A stretch of 20,020 bases of DNA from contig JBDKUT010000147.1 of NCBI GenBank assembly GCA_039679545.1, positions 1 to 20,020 of the forward strand, written 5' to 3'. Position numbers and translations under genes: made by a program. This document shows, in pieces, positions 9,649-16,948 of the stretch. Position 1 is the stretch's first letter. Every line of letters starts with the position of its first letter. The notes beneath the pieces are model-generated. The model was not told where the DNA came from and made no database searches. It worked only from the letters and a program-made list of their open reading frames with translations. The stretch comes from Thermotogota bacterium. Lineage in GTDB: Bacteria > Bipolaricaulota > Bipolaricaulia > UBA7950 > UBA9294.

Positions 9649-10572
9649 TCACTTTTCTTGCTGCAGCAGGGCATCAAGATCGATCGCCCCGTTCGACGTC
9701 TCGGCGGTGAGCGTGGCCGCCGCCGGAGCGTTGAGAACCGCATCCCAGGTGTGGCCCTCCGTGTCGCCGACGAGAGGCAGGCTCGACGAGATGCTTGCGT
9801 TGCTGGTTCGCGCGACAACTCGAATCGCTTCGGTGCTTGGAACGCGAACGCCGATGTGGCCGTTGCTCGTGACAAAGCGATGTGCTCCGTCGAGGAGCCT
9901 GCCGGAGAAGGTGATCTCCCCATTCGACGTCTCGGCGTCTACGATGGCCACGACGTGGACGATTCGAATCCGCCCATTGGACGTCACAAGATGGAGTGCG
10001 CCCTCTCCCCCGTCGACAACGATCTGCCCGTTGGACGTTCGAGCGGTTACGCCGCCGGCGAAATCGCTCACAACGATCTCCCCGTTCGACGTCGTGAGGT
10101 CAAGCGCCCCACGAATTCCGACTACGTGGATCGCGCCGTTCGAGGTTTCGGCGTGCACGTCCGCGGACTCAGGCAGAGTGACATCGAAGTCGACCCCGCT
10201 GCGACGGCGAACCTCAGCGTCCTGCTCGCTCGCAACGTACCGAAGGACGATCCGGTCCCCTTCTTGCTCCGCGCGGACGACGATCCTTTCGACACGTGCC
10301 GTGGCCTCCTCGAGCGTCGTCCCGCGAGATCGAAGGGTGATCTGAACTCGGACGTCTGTCTGCCCCGCCGCGGTCTGAAGATGGACCGCTCCGTTCGCCG
10401 TCACCGCGTCAATCGTCGGAGCGCCGACGACGACAAACGATGTCGCCCGGACGGTCGTGCTCTCGACACGCGGCCCGAAGACATCCTCCACGTCGCACCC
10501 CGCCGCCCCCACCAGGGCGAGTGCCAGCGCGGCCAATACAGCGATTCTCCCGAGGAGACCTCGAGTCATCAT
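9649..10572 (-). CDS. DUF4097 beta-strand-repeat putative lipoprotein
   Basis: Signal ending AAGC; about 8 repeats of x-T-S-N-G-x-I. Confidence 0.85.
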   Translation of the reverse strand: MMTRGLLGRIAVLAALALALVGAAGCDVEDVFGPRVESTTVRATSFVVVGAPTIDAVTANGAVHLQTAAGQTDVRVQITLRSRGTTLEEATARVERIVVRAEQEGDRIVLRYVASEQDAEVRRRSGVDFDVTLPESADVHAETSNGAIHVVGIRGALDLTTSNGEIVVSDFAGGVTARTSNGQIVVDGGEGALHLVTSNGRIRIVHVVAIVDAETSNGEITFSGRLLDGAHRFVTSNGHIGVRVPSTEAIRVVARTSNASISSSLPLVGDTEGHTWDAVLNAPAAATLTAETSNGAIDLDALLQQEK

Positions 10573-11306
10573 GCGCCCTCCTCACGGCCCCCAGACCGGG
10601 GAATCTGCGGTGCACGGCCTGCTCGGACAGCACCCACAATCCAGACCGGAACAGCACCGCCGACGTTGAACAGTACGTGAACCAACACGGCGGGGATCAG
10701 GCTCCCCGTCGTCTCGCGATAGACGCCGGCCACGCAGCCCAGGAGAAACGTGGCGACGAGCACCGGCGCAGCGTTCGCCCCCATCCGCTTGAACAGAACG
10801 AGGTGCAGGGCGGAGAACGCGAGCGCGCTGGCCAGCACCGGAAGGCTGACGAAGTGCGTCCCAACCGAGAACCCAATGTCCGACAGGAGACCGAGCGAGC
10901 TCTGAACCAGTCCTCGCATCAGGATCTCCTCCGCCAGGCTGGCAACAATCCAGACGCGAACGACGGTCTGCATCGGAGTGAGCCCGAACGGCAGCTCCAG
11001 GGGCTCGGTCCTCCGCGCCAAGAGCTGCGGCAGCGTCAGCACAGCTGACGGAATCGCCCACAGGAGCAAGAGGAAGCTCCACCGGAAGGTTCCGGCAGTG
11101 AAGCCAAACGCCTCGAACCGTCCCTGCGAGAGACCGGCAATGGCGGCGACCGACAGGATCGCCATCAACCCGTGGGTGATGAGCGAGTTCGTCCTTCGCT
11201 CGTGGCGCCGCGCCCAGAGCTTCGCAACGCTCATGGACGCAACGGCGATCGCCCCGGCAAGAAAGAGGGTCCACGGAATCCAGAGAGCTCCCCAAGACTC
11301 GTTCAT
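10569..11306 (-). CDS. CPBP/Abi (type II CAAX) intramembrane glutamic protease
   Basis: EEILMRG, FSALH, TGSLIPAVLVHVLFN; start MNESWG follows AGGGGG. Confidence 0.9.
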   Translation of the reverse strand: MNESWGALWIPWTLFLAGAIAVASMSVAKLWARRHERRTNSLITHGLMAILSVAAIAGLSQGRFEAFGFTAGTFRWSFLLLLWAIPSAVLTLPQLLARRTEPLELPFGLTPMQTVVRVWIVASLAEEILMRGLVQSSLGLLSDIGFSVGTHFVSLPVLASALAFSALHLVLFKRMGANAAPVLVATFLLGCVAGVYRETTGSLIPAVLVHVLFNVGGAVPVWIVGAVRAGRAPQIPRSGGREEGA

Positions 11307-11335
11307 TCGCCCCCTCGCTGTACACGTGAAGACCG

Positions 11336-11497
11336 CTAGAGTGTACCCGCCACGATCTGCCACAGGAGCGTCGCAGAGAAGAACGCACCCACGAAACGGG
11401 TCGTCCAGCTCCTCGTCCCCGTCCAGAGTCGATACGCCCAGAATCCGACCAGAGCTACGAGGAGGACTCGTACGACGATCAGAAACGCTTGGGTCAT
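11336..11497 (-). CDS. 53-aa two-TM membrane microprotein
   Basis: MTQAFLIVVRVLLVALVGFWAYRLW...FVGAFFSATLLWQIVAGTL; ATGA overlap with the permease stop and a GGAGG SD. Confidence 0.6.
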   Translation of the reverse strand: MTQAFLIVVRVLLVALVGFWAYRLWTGTRSWTTRFVGAFFSATLLWQIVAGTL

Positions 11498-12267
11498 CCC
11501 TCCACCTCCTGCCAGATCCGACCCGCAATCGCCAGAAGGATGGCCGTCACGGCGAGCATGATCCACAACGGCTCCTGCGGCAACACCGCGATCGGATCGA
11601 GCTCCCCGTTCGATTGCGCCGCCGCCTGGCGGATCGCACCCTCCAACCCGCCGAACAAGTGCCAGCCCGGCAGCCGGTACGACGCCCGCACGATCCCCTC
11701 GATCAGCCAGCGCAACGCAAACGGCGTCCCGAGGACCATCACCGTCCCTGGAATCCACCCAGGCCCCGACACCCGATAGGCGGCGATGAAGACCATCAGG
11801 AGAAGCGTCCACGCGAGGAGCGGCAGGACGGTGATTCCCAGACCGTAGAACGGCACGGCGAGGGTCAGCTGCGCGACGCTTCCCGCATCGAGCGGAAGCC
11901 CCGACATCGCGATGGTCCACCAAGCCAGTCCGCCGACGGCCACGTAGTAGACAACAGCCGTCGCCACGGCAAACGCGTACCGGGCCGCGATGTGCACGTA
12001 GCCGGACGGAGGCGTCAAGAGCAGCACCTGAAACTGCCCGCCCCGCGTTTCCGAGCGGATTCGTCCGATCATCAGCGCGAGAACAACCGCTCCGATCGCC
12101 GACGCCAGCACCAGGAGGATGGCGCGAACCTCGAGCTGCTGGGACACCTCAACGAGGCGAACCTGGAAGAGTCCCCACGCCCAGAACGCGAGTGACCCGA
12201 TCAGAATCGCGGCCCAGATACCGTTGCGCCGGAACTCGAGCCAGAGAAGAGTCTTGAACCCCTTCAT
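11494..12267 (-). CDS. ABC-2-type permease (YtrC-like)
   Basis: MKGFKTLLWLEFRR start, about 6 TMs, LLLTPPSG loop; coupled to the ATPase stop. Confidence 0.8.
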   Translation of the reverse strand: MKGFKTLLWLEFRRNGIWAAILIGSLAFWAWGLFQVRLVEVSQQLEVRAILLVLASAIGAVVLALMIGRIRSETRGGQFQVLLLTPPSGYVHIAARYAFAVATAVVYYVAVGGLAWWTIAMSGLPLDAGSVAQLTLAVPFYGLGITVLPLLAWTLLLMVFIAAYRVSGPGWIPGTVMVLGTPFALRWLIEGIVRASYRLPGWHLFGGLEGAIRQAAAQSNGELDPIAVLPQEPLWIMLAVTAILLAIAGRIWQEVEG

Positions 12268-12944
12268 CCGAGCACCTCCCGGTACGTTTGCACCACGCTC
12301 TTCCCACGCCCTCGGAGCGTCTCCGCCGTCGCGTCGAGGGCAATCCGCCCTTCGCGCAGGTAGACGACTCGCTCGAACAGCCCCTCTGCCTCTGCGACCT
12401 CGTGCGTCGAAAGAAGGATCGTCTCGTCCGTGTGCCACCCCCGAACGATCGACTGAAGGATCTTCTCGCGCGACAGGAGATCGATTCCGCCAAGCGGTTC
12501 GTCGAGCAGGTACAGCTTCGCGTCGCGGGCAAGTGCCATGGCAAGGCGCAACCGTCCACGTTCCCCCTTGGACATCGCCTTCGTCCTCCGCCGCGGAACC
12601 GCGAGACTCGCGAGCAGCTCGCCGTAGCGCTTCACGTCGAAGTCGTCGTAGAGCCCCACCATGAACGTCGCCGCGTCGTCGGGGGTCATCCAACTCCACA
12701 AAGCGTCGGTCTCGCCGAGGTACACAACGCGGGCACGTTGGGCACGGGCCGGCCCGTCGAAGACTGCCACGTCCCCCGAAGTCGGAAACAGGAGCCCGGC
12801 GAGGAGCTTGAGCATGGTCGACTTCCCCGAGCCGTTCAGCCCGAGCACGCCGACCACCTCGCCCGGAGGAAACTCCACTGTAAGGTCGCGCACCCCCTCC
12901 GTCCGACCGTACTGCTTGGTCGCGCGATTGAGACTAGCCAGCAT
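12264..12944 (-). CDS. ABC transporter ATP-binding protein (YtrB-like)
   Basis: GLNGSGKST, MSKGERGR, LLDEPLGGID, STHEV. Confidence 0.93.
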   Translation of the reverse strand: MLASLNRATKQYGRTEGVRDLTVEFPPGEVVGVLGLNGSGKSTMLKLLAGLLFPTSGDVAVFDGPARAQRARVVYLGETDALWSWMTPDDAATFMVGLYDDFDVKRYGELLASLAVPRRRTKAMSKGERGRLRLAMALARDAKLYLLDEPLGGIDLLSREKILQSIVRGWHTDETILLSTHEVAEAEGLFERVVYLREGRIALDATAETLRGRGKSVVQTYREVLG

Positions 12945-13311
12945 TCAGTGCCTCCTTCAGAGCAGCGAGCGCCTCGGGGGTCGACACACCGAGCGCTGTC
13001 GCTTCGACGGCGAACGCCGCCGCCGCCGTCCGCAGCATGTCGCGGCGCATCGCCGCCACCGGCGCGTCCCCGCGAACGAACGTCCCCAGTCCTCGTCTTG
13101 TTTCGATCACACTCATCCTTTCCAGTTCGGCGAACGCGTGCACAACCGTGTTCGGATTCACGCCGAGCCCAGCGGCCAGGTCGCGAGCGCTGGGGAGCTT
13201 GTCTCCTGGAACGATCTCCCCGCGCGCCAGCATCTGCCGGACATGGTTCGCGATCTGAACGAAGATCGGGCCCGCGTTCATGTCGATTGGACACGTGCGT
13301 TCGATGGTCAT
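12934..13311 (-). CDS. GntR-family regulator, YtrA subfamily
   Basis: PIFVQIA, GDKLPSARDLA, VNPNTV, RRGLGTFV; short C-terminus; first gene of an ABC operon. Confidence 0.92.
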   Translation of the reverse strand: MTIERTCPIDMNAGPIFVQIANHVRQMLARGEIVPGDKLPSARDLAAGLGVNPNTVVHAFAELERMSVIETRRGLGTFVRGDAPVAAMRRDMLRTAAAAFAVEATALGVSTPEALAALKEALNAG

Positions 13312-13347
13312 AGTGCCTTAGTATACTAGGACACTGGCTGCTGTCAA
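13312..13347 (-). promoter_or_regulatory. Promoter and palindromic YtrA-type operator
   Basis: Minus-strand TTGACA(13347-13342)-N16-TATACT(13325-13320). The 24-bp palindrome AGTGCCTTAGTATACTAGGACACT (13312-13335, 20/24 symmetric) overlaps the -10. Confidence 0.85.
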
Positions 13348-13366
13348 GGGGCGCGCGTTTATCGGC

Positions 13367-13395
13367 TTGACTCAGCGCCGTAACAGTGCTAGTAT
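13367..13395 (+). promoter_or_regulatory. Transposase promoter with its -35 inside IRL
   Basis: TTGACT-N17-TAGTAT with extended TGn; SD GGAGG at 13402. Confidence 0.7.
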
Positions 13396-13415
13396 GGTCC
13401 TGGAGGCGAGAAACA

Positions 13416-14282
13416 ATGCTCCAGGACACGAGCGAAATCAGAAGTCTAGAAGAAGCAAGAGTGGAGTTCTCGACGCAGTACAAGTGTGCGCATCACCTAA
13501 AGCGGTTGCGGTGGCCGGATGGGGTAACGTGTCCGAAGTGTGGAGCGAAGCATCCGGGATGGATCGAGACTAGAGGGCTATGGCAGTGCAAAGCGTGCCG
13601 CCATCAGTTCTCGGTTACGAGCGGGACGATCTTCCACCGCTCGAAGATTGATCTACCTCGCTGGTTTGTTGCCGTCTGGGCAATGCGTCACAGTCCGAAG
13701 GGCATCAGCGCGAAACAGCTTGAGCGTGAGCTAGGCGTCTGTTACGAAACGGCCTGGTACATGGCAAAGCGTATACGGCGAGCCATGAAACACGACATCT
13801 TCGAGGACAAGCTGTGCGGCATCGTGGAGGCTGACATTGCAGTGATCAAGACTGACGGCGGGCCGTCTACCCGCGCCGGGCATATCGCGCCAAGCACCAA
13901 CGTCCTAGGCATGGTGTCACGCGACAACGGAGCCCTACAGATGCAGATTCTGCAAAGCCTCAAGACGAGAGAGATTGAGCGCGTTTGCCTAGCGAACTTC
14001 GGGCAAGTACGACGGCTCTACACCGACGCCACGTATGCCTTCAACCTGCTTCCCTACTACACTTCTCTCCAGCAGGTCACTCATGCCAGAGAGTACGTTC
14101 GCGGGGATGTGCACACGAACTATGTCGAGAACGCCTGGTCCCTATTCAAGCGCGGACTGGTGGGCATGTATCACCATGTCGGCGCGAAGTACCTACAGGA
14201 GTATCTTGATGAGTTTGCCTTCCGCTATTCCCACCGAAGAGAGAAAGGACGGCTGTTCGACATCGTGCTCGCCAACTGCTAG
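13416..14282 (+). CDS. IS1595-family (ISXO2-like DDE) transposase
   Basis: Zn ribbon RWPDGVTCPKC..WQCKACRHQFSVTSGTIFH, HTH GISAKQLERELGV..TAW, VEAD/YTD/HTNYVENAWS, YLQEYLDEFAFR. Confidence 0.95.
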   Translation: MLQDTSEIRSLEEARVEFSTQYKCAHHLKRLRWPDGVTCPKCGAKHPGWIETRGLWQCKACRHQFSVTSGTIFHRSKIDLPRWFVAVWAMRHSPKGISAKQLERELGVCYETAWYMAKRIRRAMKHDIFEDKLCGIVEADIAVIKTDGGPSTRAGHIAPSTNVLGMVSRDNGALQMQILQSLKTREIERVCLANFGQVRRLYTDATYAFNLLPYYTSLQQVTHAREYVRGDVHTNYVENAWSLFKRGLVGMYHHVGAKYLQEYLDEFAFRYSHRREKGRLFDIVLANC

Positions 14283-14379
14283 CGCCTGCCGGAATGCTTC
14301 GGGGCTTTCGTCAGAACAATGGGCAGAGCACCTTGAGTCCATCCGCGAGTTAGAAGAGTGGGCTGACTCTATGCCATCT

Positions 14380-14667
14380 CTACGAAGAGAGGCGAAGCGC
14401 CAACATTCCGCCCCTTGTGCGAGCGTTGTAGCCGAGTAGGTCGAAGCGCGCCCCGCGATTCTTGATTACTAGGTCGTTGCCCAGCACCGAGACAGGAAAC
14501 TCGAATTGCTCCTTCTCTAGAACAAGGTCCAAGCACGCGGCCATTTGAGATGGATCGATCCACGTGACCTTGAGCTTACGTCCCGCAAGTTCGATATTCC
14601 CGCATCCGGTCTTTATCTTCAGTCGTCCACCAAGATCTACCGTCACGATTCCTTCGTCCGTCATCAT
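14380..14667 (-). CDS. Hypothetical 95-aa passenger protein inside the IS
   Basis: Strong SD AGAGGAGGA immediately before ATGATG; MMTDEGIVTVDLGGRLKIK...; convergent with the transposase. Confidence 0.6.
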   Translation of the reverse strand: MMTDEGIVTVDLGGRLKIKTGCGNIELAGRKLKVTWIDPSQMAACLDLVLEKEQFEFPVSVLGNDLVIKNRGARFDLLGYNARTRGGMLALRLSS

Positions 14668-14854
14668 TCCTCCTCTTCTAGTGGGGCAGTATGCCCTGAA
14701 GCGATCAATCAACCCAACCCGCCAACAAGGTGACACTGGAGCGACCATGATGAGAAAGACCGATAAACGCCAAGAGGCGGGGGCGTCCATCTCTTCAGCA
14801 GCAGAGGGAAAGGCACTTGAAACACGAGAAGCGGGAAACAACGTTTGAGGCCAA

Positions 14855-15772
14855 CTAGCTCGTTGGGGCCGCAGAAGAGGAGAATAGCTGTCCAGGATCC
14901 CGTCCATGGGCGATGCAGATCCTGCAGCCGCATGCTCGCTGGCCGGTGAAGTGCCGTACACCCACGCGTGTTCCCCCTATACGATCGACGCGCGCCTCAA
15001 CAACATCCCAGAGCGTCTCTTCCCCGTTCTCGATGAGGCGACGAAGTGCAAATGCGCAGAGATCGGCAATCTGGATCATGCTGGTTAGGGAGCTATCAAC
15101 GAACAAAGGCGTCTCGACGATGTTCGTGATCCGTCGGTAGAGCGTACCTACTTGGTGGAACTTGCGGGTGAGCCTGGTAAGCCGTGGCGCGGCTGTCGAG
15201 TTGTTGTCGTGCACGACTATCCCCATGTCGTGTTTGTAGGTAAGGAATGCCTGAAATCTTGTGAGCACTTGTTCAAATGCCATCTCATACGGCGTGCTTG
15301 TCCGCACCCCGTAGTCTGGCTTGCTGATCGCATCTGCTAGTATTCGCACATCTGGCTGCAAAGAGAGTTCTTGCGCCAGCGCCTGCAGGCAACGCAATCG
15401 TTCAATGCGTGTCAGGTGCAGGTAGGGACGAATCGCGCGGCTTTCCCGTCGATATGCCTCGATCTTCTTCTTGCTGCCTTGAACGCCGATTATGCCTGCG
15501 CGCCTGCGCACTGCCGCCTCAGCCACCGCTCGCCGAGCATCGTAACTGAGCGCGTCGAACCCATCGATCGATTCTTGCTCACTGTACCGGCGGTGCATCC
15601 ACGCCGCGTGGATCTCCGCGTCGCGCAACTCGAACCTGGCCTTGAGATTGCCGAGGGCTAAGTCAAGCTGCTTCCACTGGTCCGCCGGGATCACTAGACC
15701 GAGCAGGACGAAGTGCGATGTACCTGCAGTGAGTTCCTCTACGCCGGACTCGTCCATGTAGAGGATGTACAC
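14855..15772 (-). CDS. DUF3800-domain protein (predicted RNase H-like fold)
   Basis: N-terminal YILYMDESG, HFVLLG, EIH, VVHD, FVDS and C-terminal IQIADLCAFALRR; GTG start after GGAGG. Confidence 0.88.
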   Translation of the reverse strand: MYILYMDESGVEELTAGTSHFVLLGLVIPADQWKQLDLALGNLKARFELRDAEIHAAWMHRRYSEQESIDGFDALSYDARRAVAEAAVRRRAGIIGVQGSKKKIEAYRRESRAIRPYLHLTRIERLRCLQALAQELSLQPDVRILADAISKPDYGVRTSTPYEMAFEQVLTRFQAFLTYKHDMGIVVHDNNSTAAPRLTRLTRKFHQVGTLYRRITNIVETPLFVDSSLTSMIQIADLCAFALRRLIENGEETLWDVVEARVDRIGGTRVGVRHFTGQRACGCRICIAHGRDPGQLFSSSAAPTS

Positions 15773-15797
15773 TCCGCACCTCCAGCAGCTAGTGGTG

Positions 15798-15869
15798 AAA
15801 GAGAAAAGCGTCTAGAGTGGCACCCACAGGTTCCATAGGAGTCGCAACGCGTCTCCGCCTCTAGTCGCT
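15798..15869 (-). ncRNA. Candidate structured RNA (three-way junction plus U-tail) upstream of DUF3800
   Basis: P1 AGCGACUAGAG/CUCUAGACGCU encloses P2 GGAGACGC-GUU-GCGACUCC and P3 UGGAACC-UGUG-GGUGCCA, followed by UUUCUCUUU. It starts exactly at the predicted TSS. Confidence 0.6.
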
Positions 15870-15876
15870 GTGCAAT

Positions 15877-15905
15877 GACATATCACAAACCGCTTCCGCT
15901 GTCAA
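15877..15905 (-). promoter_or_regulatory. Putative sigma70-type promoter for the RNA-DUF3800 unit
   Basis: TTGACA(15905-15900)-N17-TATGTC with extended TGn; 7 nt separate it from A15869. Confidence 0.6.
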
Positions 15906-15992
15906 GTCATCCCGGCCCGGGAGTGCAACACGCGTGACGCCAGAACGAAGAAGCCTACTTGACGGCATGCCAGGACATGAACCAGCACAGAA

Positions 15993-16121
15993 TCAGGTCC
16001 TCTTCTTCGGCTTGTCTCAGTACGGGTTCTTGTACTAGGGACAGACGCCCGACTTCTCCTTCCAGTCACGCGGCACCCACGCATGCCCGCATCGCCTGCA
16101 CTTGTCGCCAGCTAGCATCAT
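15993..16121 (-). pseudogene. Decayed small Zn-ribbon protein gene
   Basis: MMLAGDKCRRCGHAWVPRDWKEKSGVCP*YKNPY*DKPKKRT*. Single substitutions restore CPKCKNPYWDKP. Confidence 0.7.
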
Positions 16122-16129
16122 CTTGGCCG

Positions 16130-16207
16130 TTTGTGGGAGACAATCCCGCTGGTGATGGAGAACTGATGGCGGCCTCCGCACTGCCACTGCCGGCGCGACT
16201 CCACATA
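16130..16207 (-). pseudogene. Fragment of a second IS1595 transposase (Zn-ribbon segment), inverted
   Basis: YVESRRQWQCGG-RHQFSITSGIVSHK versus WIETRGLWQCKACRHQFSVTSGTIFHR of the intact copy; shared DNA blocks TGGCAGTGC, CGCCATCAGTTCTC and AGCGGGA. Confidence 0.75.
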
Positions 16208-16315
16208 GGTGACAACATGGAGAGGCTTGACGACTTGCCAATCGTGCTGGCTGACTGGAAAGATGCGGCGCAGCGTATCTGTCAGGCGCTGCCTGAAGGT
16301 GCCCCAATCGCTGTG

Positions 16316-16681
16316 TCAGTAGCCAGCGTGGATGATTCGGATGCGCCTTTCGCCCTTCGCTCGTTCGACTGTGCACGGCAGGGAGGGACGCAGTCTTCGG
16401 TCTTCCGTGAGAGAGAGCCGATACCCGTTGTCGACGCAAAGCCCCGCCGCGCGGGGAATGAACTCCTCGGCAATGGGATCGGCGGTAGAGAAGTCCCCGC
16501 TGAGAGAGATCGCGGCGATCATCCCGGGAACGGGCCGCGCTCCATCCACCCCTGTGACGCTTCTGTGAATCATGCCGCTTACGAAGGCTCGCCCTTCTAT
16601 CGTCGGCTGGTTCGTGTCGTTGGTCACGCGCTGCAGAGTTGCCTTGCCGTCATAGAAGTACTTCTCACGTTGCGCGGTCAT
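16316..16681 (-). CDS. Hypothetical protein (121 aa)
   Basis: SD CAGGAGG 6 nt before ATG; protein-like composition; no recognised family. Confidence 0.5.
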   Translation of the reverse strand: MTAQREKYFYDGKATLQRVTNDTNQPTIEGRAFVSGMIHRSVTGVDGARPVPGMIAAISLSGDFSTADPIAEEFIPRAAGLCVDNGYRLSLTEDRRLRPSLPCTVERAKGERRIRIIHAGY

Positions 16682-16948
16682 TCGCGGCCTCCTGAACTCG
16701 GAGGATAGCGGAGCAATGACAACGCGAACAACTCCGCCCTAGCGGCTCGTCAGCACCAGTCCAACCACAGCCTCCCGCTCGTCCCCGTGCGATCCACGGA
16801 GAGCGAACTCGTCTCTGGAGTCCTGTACGTACTTGACCGAAGAGCCACCGGTCGTTCATCAAGCCACGGGACCCCGGCGCGCGCTACACCCCCTCTTGCC
16901 TGCGCCACCTCCTCGGGGCTACGGTGACTCGTGCAGGAGGTGATTCCC

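Larger units (their letters stand above)
13354..14771 (+). mobile_element. IS1595-family insertion sequence (ISSod11-like ends), 1418 bp, with passenger ORF
   Basis: IRL CGCGTTTATCGGCTTGACTCA versus IRR (revcomp) GGCGTTTATCGGTCTTTCTCA, 16/21 identical with an 11-bp perfect core. Flanking 8-bp DR AAGGGGCG (13346-13353) / AAGAGGCG (14772-14779). Confidence 0.85.

Noticed and set aside
9700..10400. Recurrent GTTCGACGTC-like repeats as a possible CRISPR or DNA repeat array
   Set aside because: They encode the TSNG protein repeats of DUF4097, with codon-level degeneracy and no repeat-spacer structure.
4565..13313. Numerous long antisense ORFs (e.g. 4565-5587, 5386-6351, 9658-10680, 10978-12195, 12288-13313)
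   Set aside because: Typical GC-rich shadow frames opposite well-supported genes.
14446..14455. GCGCGCCCC as an alternative IS right end
   Set aside because: Short GC-only match inside the passenger ORF; 14751-14771 has a better TIR plus a DR.
14747..14848. Short ORF MMRKTDKRQEAG... with a GGAG SD
   Set aside because: It crosses the IS right end and target duplication, so it is probably a junction artefact.
16017..16037. Stop-codon recoding (TGA=Trp, TAG readthrough)
   Set aside because: TGA and TAG end many intact genes in this window, and other lesions co-occur in the same gene.
15959..16708. 249-aa plus-strand ORF
   Set aside because: No recognisable motif; antisense to the minus-strand ORF and relics, which have better support.
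13354..16870. One large IS1595 transposon including DUF3800
   Set aside because: TIR and DR close the element at 14771; the other CTTGAC/GTCAAG words (15901, 15958, 16832) do not form convincing TIR pairs.
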